A stretch of 64,000 nucleotides of DNA, from the NCBI GenBank assembly GCA_003252295.1, contig QKEV01000002.1, positions 196-64,195 of the forward strand. The letters run 5' to 3'. The translations under genes were made by a program, and so were the position numbers. Positions 19,387 through 27,375 of the stretch are shown one piece after another (the first letter of the stretch is position 1; every line of letters begins with the position of its first letter). This DNA comes from a bacterium. GTDB lineage: Bacteria; Patescibacteriota; Minisyncoccia; Phycocordibacterales; UBA12088. The notes beneath the pieces were generated by a model that was not told the DNA's origin, did not search any database, and saw nothing but the letters and a program-made list of their open reading frames with translations.

Positions 19387-19656
19387 TCAAGACGGAGATG
19401 CAGTGCCATCTAAAATTACCCGTACCGAACCATCAGGTGACAGAAGCATCTCCGCACCACGAAGACATTTCACAAACTCACACTCCGTGCTACCAGGTTT
19501 AAACTTATCTCCTTGCTCATAAATTTCATATGCAAGATGCAAAACTTGAGTAAAAGAAAGCATTCCCCCAGTAAGCTCTACTGTTTTGTTTTCTCTGTCG
19601 ACGTTCAAAATTTTTGCTTCCATAAAACCCCCTTTTTGAATGAGAACATGATACAA
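19387..19656 (-). CDS. hypothetical protein
   Basis: ORF only; probable start MEAKILNV. Confidence 0.3.
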   Translation of the reverse strand: MYHVLIQKGGFMEAKILNVDRENKTVELTGGMLSFTQVLHLAYEIYEQGDKFKPGSTECEFVKCLRGAEMLLSPDGSVRVILDGTASPS

Positions 19657-19763
19657 ACCTCACCTATTTCTATAGTGCCTGTAAAAAAAGAAAAATCAAG
19701 AGATGTCTACAGTAGACATAGAATGAATTAGACCGATCTAACATTGACCGGTCTAACATAAAC

Positions 19764-20093
19764 TTAAGCAGCTTTTTTTCCTAAAAGCATTTTCAATGGG
19801 ACAGGATTTAACAGTGAGTAAAGTCTTGCCGGAGGATTTGCGTCAACAAAAACGACCTTTTCACCACAAGCAGGGCAAATTATCGTCCAAGTTGGAAGTG
19901 TCGCTTTATCTCTTGAAAATGTTTTGATACCGAAAAAACCAATGTCGGTTTCTGTTGTTATGAGTAAAGAAAAACAACTACCACAGGTCTCAACCATTCC
20001 CGGTTTCGGACCTTTCATGTATTCCTTAAATCTCTCGGAATTTATTCCCTCTCTAATGATTTTTGGCACAGTAGCACCTCCTTGAATATTCAA
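19764..20093 (-). CDS. hypothetical zinc-ribbon-containing protein
   Basis: CGSC ... CPACGEK pairs. Confidence 0.35.
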   Translation of the reverse strand: MNIQGGATVPKIIREGINSERFKEYMKGPKPGMVETCGSCFSLLITTETDIGFFGIKTFSRDKATLPTWTIICPACGEKVVFVDANPPARLYSLLNPVPLKMLLGKKAA

Positions 20094-20147
20094 AGTAAAA
20101 AATCAATTTTCTTGTAATGTTATTACAAAATATTACAACAATGTCAA

Positions 20148-20179
20148 ACAACAAAACCGCCGAAAGGCGGTTTATGTTG
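20148..20179. repeat. 32-bp hairpin repeat acaacaaaaccgccgaaaggcggtttatgttg (copy 1; GNRA-loop terminator-like)
   Basis: Identical 32-mer also at 21203..21234 adjacent to tRNA-Trp. Confidence 0.8.
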
Positions 20180-20337
20180 TTTGAAGGCGGTCTTGCCCGC
20201 CATAGCTTATTTGACTAAGTAGGCGGTCTTGCCCGCTAAGCTTACTTCGGTAAGCGAAAGCGGGTAAGGAACGTGGCTTTCAGAACTCTATAAAGAACGG
20301 GCGTATATTAAGTCGAGTATACAAGCATTGCAAAAAC

Positions 20338-20892
20338 TTACAGAAGCGAGCGAGGTTTGGTGAGGATGATTATTGCAGAAACAGTCGCAAGTGCACTCAT
20401 TACTACAAACAAGGTTTCAAAACTATAGTTCGTCACAATGTAGCCACCTGCTAACGCTCCAACTGAACCACCTGCTGCTAATATGAGTTCCCATTCAGAA
20501 TATCTTTTCACTTCCTTACCTCGGTCAAGATGAGTAGCAAAGAGCGCTCTAAATGAGGGTGAGCCAAGGCCATCTCCAAAACCTAAAATGATTTGTGCCA
20601 CAAACAAAGCAGGGATAGTTTGAAAGAATAACAATCCTATCCAACCCACTGCCCTTACTATAAACCCAGCCACCAAAAGGTACTCTTTTTCAGCAAAGCC
20701 ATCTCCAAACCTCTGCAAAAATATAACTGTAGCAACTTTGGCAATCAGCAAAACGCTAGTTAGGGCACTTATAGACAATATAGTTGCTCCAATGTTTTCA
20801 GCAAAAATTGCGTAGAGTGGCACAAGCATCGCGCCCGCAAAGACAAAAATGCCGTTACTCACGTATAGAGCTTTCAAAGCAGGGTTATTCAT
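20338..20892 (-). CDS. six-TM membrane protein resembling half of an MFS transporter (possible gene fragment)
   Basis: Hydrophobic helices and MFS-like GxxxDRxGRR-type loop remnants (LQRFGDGFAEKE); bracketed by 32-bp direct repeats. Confidence 0.45.
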   Translation of the reverse strand: MNNPALKALYVSNGIFVFAGAMLVPLYAIFAENIGATILSISALTSVLLIAKVATVIFLQRFGDGFAEKEYLLVAGFIVRAVGWIGLLFFQTIPALFVAQIILGFGDGLGSPSFRALFATHLDRGKEVKRYSEWELILAAGGSVGALAGGYIVTNYSFETLFVVMSALATVSAIIILTKPRSLL

Positions 20893-21042
20893 TTCAGTAT
20901 TATATCAGTTCTTTCTTTTAAATCTTTTGTACAACCAGTGCACAAAGAGTTATCAGAACATTTAAGTATATAGACGTAGTACATGATTCTCTCCTACGCA
21001 AGCTTTATGGCGGTCTTGTCCGCCAAGCTTACTTCGGCAAGC

Positions 21043-21060
21043 GTTGTGCGGGTCCACTCC
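21043..21060 (-). repeat. partial duplicate of tRNA-Trp 3' end (att-like)
   Basis: gttgtgcgggtccactcc vs tRNA 3' end gttgcgggtccactccgactcg; diverges after the acceptor region. Confidence 0.7.
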
Positions 21061-21202
21061 TCCTAGGTCCAAGTCACTAAGTATTTTTCATATCTTCAAA
21101 ATACTAAGTGCTTGCGACCCCACCTCGCGGTTCTTCGTTCCTCAGAACATCGCTGCGGTTTTCGAGTCGGGACACTTTGTGCGCAGGCACAAAGTTTGGA
21201 CC
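21061..21202 (-). mobile_element. family-A miniature insert between tRNA-Trp and its partial 3' duplicate
   Basis: Contains imperfect IR cactaagtatttt-N10-aaaatactaagtg then cttgcgacccc; homologous inserts at 39053..39194 and 52364..52537. Confidence 0.55.
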
Positions 21203-21234
21203 ACAACAAAACCGCCGAAAGGCGGTTTATGTTG
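21203..21234. terminator. 32-bp hairpin repeat copy 2 = bidirectional terminator immediately 3' of tRNA-Trp
   Basis: aaaccgcc-gaaa-ggcggttt stem-loop followed by T-run on both strands. Confidence 0.75.
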
Positions 21235-21305
21235 CGGGTCCACTCCGACTCGAACGGAGGACGTCGGTTTTGGAGACCGAAATTTTACCACTAAACTATG
21301 GACCC
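21235..21305 (-). tRNA. tRNA-Trp(CCA)
   Basis: Reverse complement GGGTCCATAGTTTAGTGGTAAAATTTCGGTCTCCAAAACCGACGTCCTCCGTTCGAGTCGGAGTGGACCCG; anticodon loop CTCCAAA. Confidence 0.85.
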
Positions 21306-21623
21306 GTGCGTGACACTATACCAGAAAAAGCACCATTCTAAAATGGTGCCACTCACATGTGTATTGGAGAGTTATCTACTTTTTATAGCGTGCTTACGAA
21401 TTGTAGGGTCGTACTTTTTAAGCTCGAGTTTCTTTTCAACTCGTTTCTTATTTCGCACGTCATATCGGATATGATTACTTTCCGTGCTCTTTATTTTTAC
21501 TACATGATCTTGTGACATAGTGACGTATACTTTATAGAAAAATAGAATAATGTCAACCCGCCTACAAACTATTTACTTTTTTGGCTAAAAAGTGTTAGTA
21601 TTCTGTATCAAGATTATATTGAT

Positions 21624-21706
21624 GCGTCGGTGACGGAGTGGTCAAACGTACTTGGCTGTAAACCAAGCGGCTTATGCCTACGGGGGTTCGAATCCCTCCC
21701 GGCGCA
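21624..21706 (+). tRNA. tRNA-Tyr(GUA), long variable arm
   Basis: GCGTCGG acceptor/CCGGCGC, anticodon arm CTTGG-CTGTAAA-CCAAG, T-arm GGGGGTTCGAATCCCTC. Confidence 0.85.
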
Positions 21707-21912
21707 CTACGGAAAATAACACTAACTTTTTGTTAGTGTTATTTTTTGTTTTTGCATGCCGAGGAGGGATTCGAACGAGAGGTGAGGAGGGATTGAAATA
21801 CGAAAAGTGTATTTCAAAGGGTGTCCTCCCGTGTAGGAGAGCAGTGAGCGATAGCGAACGCTGAGAACCGTGGGTTCTAAGAGCGCAGCGAGGTACGAGC
21901 GAGCAGTGAGGT
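21707..21912 (+). mobile_element. family-B miniature insert downstream of tRNA-Tyr (includes terminator hairpin aacactaac-ttttt-gttagtgtt at its start)
   Basis: Core gtaggagagcagtgagcgatagcgaacgctgagaaccgtgggttctaagagcgcagcgaggtacgagcgagcagtgag also at 34835..34905 and (reverse) 51031..51110; left end gaggagggattcgaacg is an inverted T-arm-like segment. Confidence 0.55.
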
Positions 21913-21927
21913 TCCCTCCCGGCGCAC
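21910..21927 (+). repeat. partial duplicate of tRNA-Tyr 3' end (att-like)
   Basis: ggttccctcccggcgcac vs tRNA 3' end ggttcgaatccctcccggcgcac. Confidence 0.7.
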
Positions 21928-22066
21928 AAACCAAAAATAGCTTTATTCTGTAAGGCTATTTTTGATTTGGAGGAATGTAGTTAGTTCGACACACCTTGAC
22001 ATATACAATATTTGTTCTACTATAGACATCAGGAAACCTGAAACTTACAACTCTTTGGAGGACAAC

Positions 22067-23095
22067 ATGAAAGGCGTTGAACTGCGAACTCTCACTGAAA
22101 CACTACATCCCGTAGAAGCAAGGTATATAGAAAAACCTTGTCACACAATATCAAAAGAAAGGATTGCTGAATGCGTCCCTATAGCAGAATTAGAGTACTT
22201 CACACAAAACTTAGTTACTACCAACTTCTTTAAGGAGTATCATCGTTACCCGCTCCGCATGCTAGAGAAGTTCACATTTGACGAGTTGTGCAAACTCAGG
22301 TACTCGTCAAGCATTATGATGCATGACTCTGTCAGAAAACTGTTTAAAACTGATGCACAGTATGAAGTAGTACGTAAAATTTCTAGCTCCATGTGGCGCT
22401 GGGGTATGAACAGTGGTATTTGGAATGAAGTGGTCACGGCATACAATAACCTGCGTGGCTTCACCATTAATCTACCAGATTTTGAGATACGGCTTGATTA
22501 CACAACTTGGTATAACGAATGTGGTTACTCAAAGTATAGTTGCACATTCCTTGATGGCGTCTTCGCGTATCTGGTCTACTACAAACAAAAGCATGTAATG
22601 ACCATCGGCTTTTCAATCATCGGAGGTAAAGGTGTCCTTATCCAGCAAGCGCAATCTACTCAACGTAAAGGTAATCGGTTTTTGTATAAACTACCGACCA
22701 ATAGAATGGAGTTTGTTGTTGATTTGTTCATGCAACATTTCCCTGACTATAAGCTTTACATGGTTGACGGCAGCGAACTTGCGGATCAATCTCTAAACAG
22801 TTACCGTAGAGAACTTTCTCGATTAACTGAGTGGGTTAAAACCCATCGTGACTTATACAATGACCCAGACTCAAAATACTTCGATAGAGAAAGCTTGAAA
22901 AGACACCAAGACGAGCAAGAGGAATACCGTAAATGCATTAGGCATCTTGAGGGAGACAGGTCTCGACTCAAGTCTTTTTACCGAAACGTTGGTAAATACC
23001 ATCTTTCTACGACCATAAATGTAAATGGTCTGACACACTACGGCATTGTATCGCCAGAGCAAGTGTCACTACTTCAATCATTTGCCACCGTCTAG
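22067..23095 (+). CDS. hypothetical protein (island gene 1; ORF-track start 21962, RBS ggagga before ATG 22067)
   Basis: ORF + strong terminator gccaccg-N10-cggtggc TTTTGTTTT at ~23105-23140. Confidence 0.45.
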   Translation: MKGVELRTLTETLHPVEARYIEKPCHTISKERIAECVPIAELEYFTQNLVTTNFFKEYHRYPLRMLEKFTFDELCKLRYSSSIMMHDSVRKLFKTDAQYEVVRKISSSMWRWGMNSGIWNEVVTAYNNLRGFTINLPDFEIRLDYTTWYNECGYSKYSCTFLDGVFAYLVYYKQKHVMTIGFSIIGGKGVLIQQAQSTQRKGNRFLYKLPTNRMEFVVDLFMQHFPDYKLYMVDGSELADQSLNSYRRELSRLTEWVKTHRDLYNDPDSKYFDRESLKRHQDEQEEYRKCIRHLEGDRSRLKSFYRNVGKYHLSTTINVNGLTHYGIVSPEQVSLLQSFATV

Positions 23096-23149
23096 TTTTT
23101 TGATTAATTGCCACCGAAAGCCACTCCGGTGGCTTTTGTTTTACACAAT

Positions 23150-23183
23150 ACACCCTTGTCGAACCAACTCTATCTCGGCGCAC
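23150..23183 (+). repeat. degenerate tRNA-Tyr 3'-end-like repeat (att-like boundary)
   Basis: ttgtcgaaccaactctatctcggcgcaca resembles GGTTCGAATCCCTCCCGGCGCAC; second copy at 23812..23845; T-arm-only copy at ~24779. Confidence 0.5.
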
Positions 23184-23264
23184 ATCTTGACAATACCCTG
23201 TTTATAGGGTATTGTTTTGTTGAATTGTACACTGTCGTTAACATCAACCTGGAGGAATATTTAA

Positions 23265-23738
23265 ATGACAATTTCAAAATCTGATACGAAGCACCTTGAA
23301 TCCAACACCACACTATATCTTGAAGGAAAGGTTCCTAAAGATTATGTTTGTTGTGACTGTGGCGCAAAGGGTGTCAAGCTATGGCACGACTGCTACACTC
23401 ATGACAAACACCAACCTCTACGATGTCTGCCTTGTACATGCTCTGAACAAGGCAAGGTTCGTACACCCACTGAAGACGGTTGTTCACTTTACGAAGAGAA
23501 ACGTCACATGTACAGAACTGCGGGCATGGAGTCCAATCGCTGGAAGCAATATAATCCTGATGAAGGCCTGCCGTCAGATGCAGTTGAAACAAAAGTTTGG
23601 CGCAATGAGACAGATCAAATCGGCTGGTTTGTTCCCGCTGTACCGACTGAGAAAAATGATGCGTATTGGGCTTACACTGCCGTTCCAGCAGAAGCATGTG
23701 AATGGTGGTACAACTTACCATTTTCTAACACTCGATAA
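23265..23738 (+). CDS. Cys-rich hypothetical protein (island gene 2)
   Basis: CCDCG...CLPCTC; RBS ggagga; followed by hairpin gaccgc-N12-gcggtc TTTTCT. Confidence 0.4.
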   Translation: MTISKSDTKHLESNTTLYLEGKVPKDYVCCDCGAKGVKLWHDCYTHDKHQPLRCLPCTCSEQGKVRTPTEDGCSLYEEKRHMYRTAGMESNRWKQYNPDEGLPSDAVETKVWRNETDQIGWFVPAVPTEKNDAYWAYTAVPAEACEWWYNLPFSNTR

Positions 23739-23811
23739 CTCTAACTTCGAAAGTTGATGAAATTTAAGACCGCATGGTTCGCCCAGCGGTCTTTTCTATA
23801 CAAAGCATTTT

Positions 23812-23845
23812 TGTTGAACAAACTCTATCTCGGCGCACTTTTGAA
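23812..23845 (+). repeat. degenerate tRNA-Tyr 3'-end-like repeat, copy 2
   Basis: ttgttgaacaaactctatctcggcgcactt. Confidence 0.5.
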
Positions 23846-23856
23846 AATAGCAAATA

Positions 23857-24750
23857 CTACGGTATAGATATTTGACGTTTTTCTATAAACGTCAACGTAC
23901 ACTCGTCTCCATCTTCATACGAATTAGAATCATACACTCCATATTCAAGTGTATGATCATCCAACCACTCAAAGTCGTATGCCCCAGCATATGAACATGG
24001 TGACTGAACTGTCTCATGTACCCCTAAAGTCTCTTCTTTAACCACCGCATCAAGATATACATCTACAATGTATACAGTTTCAAGGTAACCATCACCACTT
24101 TCAACCTCATCTAGTTTTGCAATATACTGACCGGTAATTGATTGTACCTCACCACAAGAGGCACAGTAACCGTATTTATTTTCTTTTAGTTGCAACGTGT
24201 CGAATTCAAACCTCGCTATCCCGCAACACGCACTAGAACCAGGTATAGATGTAGTAAAAAACAAACTGTTACCATCCTTGTACATGTTGGGGTAGCTAAG
24301 CTTTTTCTTCGGATCAAACTGAGACTGGTATAAAGCCGTTAGGTCATCTATGACCATTTGCTGTTGTTGAGAATTTCCATCTACACTTCTCAACCTGTAG
24401 CAAAACTGCTCATAAGAACGCCCAAACGCATCATGGTCTGCACAAACATAGCTTTCAATGTATACATTACCAGAAGTTGAGTAAAATATTTCCCTCACCT
24501 CTCCAACAGTTCCAGTACTTACTTGTTGCTCCTCATTCAAAATAGGTTCAGGTTCAGGTTCAACCTCCACAATCTTCTCTACCTCCACCACCTTCTCAGG
24601 TGCATACGTATACCCAATCCAACCACCAATGAACGGCAGTGCAATAAACAACACCATTGCGAGAAGCTTTGATAGAAGAGTTACTTCGGTAAATACATTT
24701 GTTTTTGCAACTTGTTTAACTGCTTCAGGTTGAGGACTTCCCTGTTCCAT
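23857..24750 (-). CDS. membrane-anchored extracellular hypothetical protein (island gene 3)
   Basis: N-terminal TM LLAMVLFIALPFIGGWIGY then PEPEP linker and Cys-containing ectodomain. Confidence 0.45.
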   Translation of the reverse strand: MEQGSPQPEAVKQVAKTNVFTEVTLLSKLLAMVLFIALPFIGGWIGYTYAPEKVVEVEKIVEVEPEPEPILNEEQQVSTGTVGEVREIFYSTSGNVYIESYVCADHDAFGRSYEQFCYRLRSVDGNSQQQQMVIDDLTALYQSQFDPKKKLSYPNMYKDGNSLFFTTSIPGSSACCGIARFEFDTLQLKENKYGYCASCGEVQSITGQYIAKLDEVESGDGYLETVYIVDVYLDAVVKEETLGVHETVQSPCSYAGAYDFEWLDDHTLEYGVYDSNSYEDGDECTLTFIEKRQISIP

Positions 24751-24910
24751 AGTATGTAAATCATATCACGCCACACCATTGTCGAACCAACTCCCTTCTA
24801 GTACATAAATCACCAACCACTTTACAAACATTATTTTTATTGTATTTTAAACGGTAGTTTTTTGTACCAAACAAATACGTTCTATACAACTTGAACCAAG
24901 GAGGTTCCAA

Positions 24911-25150
24911 ATGCCTGAAACAACATTGCCTGCTATTCACAACGCACTCAAGAAAACTGTGAGCGATGGATTAGAGACTATCCTTGAAATTGAAGGATTG
25001 AGGTGGTCACCAAGAGGATTCATCACTTGGTACCACAGTGATACATCTGAAGCGGTTAGAATGTCAGTCATAAATGAAAGTGGGGAGAGAATTATCTATA
25101 CCTTCTCAGCAACCACTGTCCTCGGTGTAGGTATTGTAGATAAAAAATAG
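24911..25150 (+). CDS. hypothetical protein
   Basis: ORF with RBS aaggagg. Confidence 0.35.
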   Translation: MPETTLPAIHNALKKTVSDGLETILEIEGLRWSPRGFITWYHSDTSEAVRMSVINESGERIIYTFSATTVLGVGIVDKK

Positions 25151-25168
25151 TTACATACAACAACTATT

Positions 25169-25987
25169 TTGGAGGTTACAGCAATGATACTTTCATTAGT
25201 TTTTGCAGCTGGTTTGAGCTTTTCTGGTGTACAGTTTGAAACAGCAAAGTTACATGACGGAGAAGTTCCAGAGCCAAAAGTGAAGGATCCAATGTACTAC
25301 ATCTGCGCAGTTGAGAACATTGCCCCTCGTCATTTTCTAAAGTGGGGATACATTGAACCAGTTGAGAAAAGAGTAGAGGTTCAAGAGCACACACTCGTTA
25401 ACCCAGACAAGCAAGCAAGGGTAAAAGAGATCATCACCTCAACGCCGTACAATTACCAAAACCCCGATTACCCAAATGAGATGTATCGCACATACATTAA
25501 ATACAGGTTTGAGGTTGATGGCATGAAGTGTGGTTTTGAAGCAGTATACATACCTGCAAAGTATAATGAGTGGGCTTTTAAGGTTCATGGTGGTGGACTC
25601 ATGCCGATAAGATACCTGCCACAGAAACAAAGCGACCCTGTATACAACACATGTGTTGAGGGTAACATCCTCCCAAAAGATTTTCTACAGTGGGGAGACG
25701 TTACACCAACCCGTGATGCATCTGGAATACAAAAGCAAGTGCTCACGAACCCAGATTCAAACGCTAAAGTGGTACACATAACCACCTCAACACCTTTTGA
25801 GTATCAGCCAAACGATCTCAAACTGTGGGAGCAAGATCTGTACCTCACTCGCACTACGTATACCTTTAGTGTAAACGGTACAAAGTGCGGATTTGAAGCA
25901 ATCTACCTACCAAAGGAGTACTGTGAGTGGGACGGTGTACCATTCCGTGATGAGCTCATAAAGCTCATATACATACCTCAACAGTAA
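25169..25987 (+). CDS. secreted hypothetical protein with two ~130-aa internal repeats
   Basis: Signal peptide; repeat HFLKWGYIEPV...GMKCGFEAVYIPAKYNEW vs DFLQWGDVTPT...GTKCGFEAIYLPKEYCEW; terminator accgcccag-N7-ctgggcggt. Confidence 0.5.
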   Translation: MEVTAMILSLVFAAGLSFSGVQFETAKLHDGEVPEPKVKDPMYYICAVENIAPRHFLKWGYIEPVEKRVEVQEHTLVNPDKQARVKEIITSTPYNYQNPDYPNEMYRTYIKYRFEVDGMKCGFEAVYIPAKYNEWAFKVHGGGLMPIRYLPQKQSDPVYNTCVEGNILPKDFLQWGDVTPTRDASGIQKQVLTNPDSNAKVVHITTSTPFEYQPNDLKLWEQDLYLTRTTYTFSVNGTKCGFEAIYLPKEYCEWDGVPFRDELIKLIYIPQQ

Positions 25988-26112
25988 CTATCGTTCTTCT
26001 CGCACCTTACCGCCCAGACCAACTGGGCGGTAATTCTTTACAACACCCAACACTATGCTATCTTCGGGATAGAACACAAACCATCGTCAAAACAAGAAAC
26101 GGAGGATTGAAA

Positions 26113-26679
26113 ATGAAAAAGGATAAAATTCTGGAAAATCGTAAGGCAATTCTTGATTTACTGAAACAAGATCCTGATATAAAGCATACTGCTCTTGTTG
26201 ACGTGTTTCAGGTCTTGGTTGATGGCAATTTTTCTGAGACTGAAGATCCTCAGGAAAAAGGCGAAGAATTCCTCGCTAAAATGTCTGGTATCCACCAGGC
26301 ACTGCATACGGTAAATATGCACCTGTACAACATGAAGAAGCAACTGGAAGCTCAATGCACGGAAGAAGAGTTAATGAGTGGAAACCTGCCACCTGAAATA
26401 ATGCAAGGTATCACTAAGGCATTCAGGGCACAATTATTCATACTTGCACTTTCCGACCACCTCGTGACCGAACAACACGAACATGAATTTCTCAGTGAGC
26501 CAGGAATGAATATAGAGTACAGAAAAGGAGATGTGATTACTATTTCTATGCTCTCTCTGGCAGAGGCTTTCACCAGAGCCATCATACTTAACGAGGATGG
26601 TATCCATCAAGAGCAAGAAAATACAGTATTGGACGATCTACTCACAGGCATTAGCCTAACTAGGACAGGAAACGCATAA
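26113..26679 (+). CDS. hypothetical protein (ORF-track uses TTG at 26107)
   Basis: ORF, RBS ggagga. Confidence 0.4.
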   Translation: MKKDKILENRKAILDLLKQDPDIKHTALVDVFQVLVDGNFSETEDPQEKGEEFLAKMSGIHQALHTVNMHLYNMKKQLEAQCTEEELMSGNLPPEIMQGITKAFRAQLFILALSDHLVTEQHEHEFLSEPGMNIEYRKGDVITISMLSLAEAFTRAIILNEDGIHQEQENTVLDDLLTGISLTRTGNA

Positions 26680-26809
26680 CAGTTCGTTACAGCAAATTGA
26701 TTGCCCCATGTATCAACATGGGGCAATTTCTATTTGACCCTTCCCTTGAGACATGGTACATAGTAGTACTAGAACGTACGTAAAACATAAACTTCTTGGG
26801 GGAGATACT

Positions 26810-27310
26810 ATGGAGCTACGTGAAGCGCAAAGAATCGTTTCGTTGTTTTGGAACACATCTGAACTCGCGAAACTACTTGCTGAAAACGCAAGGTTGCGAA
26901 AAATCTTTGACCATATCTGTAACAAAGAACCATTTCTTGAAGAATCACCGCGTGGTAGCGGACGGATACCGATTTGTAGAGAACTGCAACAGTACTATGA
27001 AGAGTTTGCTGAAACGTGTATAAAAAAGTTTACTGAAAATAGAGGGGGGACAATGTATATCTCAGAAGCACGGAAACTTATCGCACCATACCTTGCTAAC
27101 CCGGCAATAATAAAAGCTATCCGCACAAACTTGCATCCTGCACTCACAAGATCCCACAATGCCATTATTGAGGAATTGGTGCAGATCTACGGAAAACCAG
27201 AAAGCAGAGACGAAAAACCAATCAGTGTAAAACTTACGAAAAACTACAACTTGTTCAAATACACTTCTGATTTGTTCCTTGATAGAGCCACTGGAGCACA
27301 CATACATTAG
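26810..27310 (+). CDS. hypothetical protein (ORF-track start 26753)
   Basis: ORF; terminator aacccgccac-tctc-gtggcgggtt ATTTGTTTTT at 27338-27372. Confidence 0.4.
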   Translation: MELREAQRIVSLFWNTSELAKLLAENARLRKIFDHICNKEPFLEESPRGSGRIPICRELQQYYEEFAETCIKKFTENRGGTMYISEARKLIAPYLANPAIIKAIRTNLHPALTRSHNAIIEELVQIYGKPESRDEKPISVKLTKNYNLFKYTSDLFLDRATGAHIH

Positions 27311-27375
27311 GAACACAGTATGTACTGCACATAAAACAACCCGCCACTCTCGTGGCGGGTTATTTGTTTTTCAAA

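Noticed and set aside
21044-21341. Three overlapping + strand ORFs (21044..21313, 21108..21341, 21112..21294)
   Set aside because: They span the family-A insert, the 32-bp terminator hairpin and tRNA-Trp itself; no RBS, Arg/Pro-rich junk translation of GC-rich hairpins.
21652-21934. ORFs 21652..21864(+), 21678..21929(-), 21722..21934(-)
   Set aside because: They overlap tRNA-Tyr and the family-B element; conserved nucleotide (not amino-acid) similarity to the other family-B copies indicates non-coding sequence.
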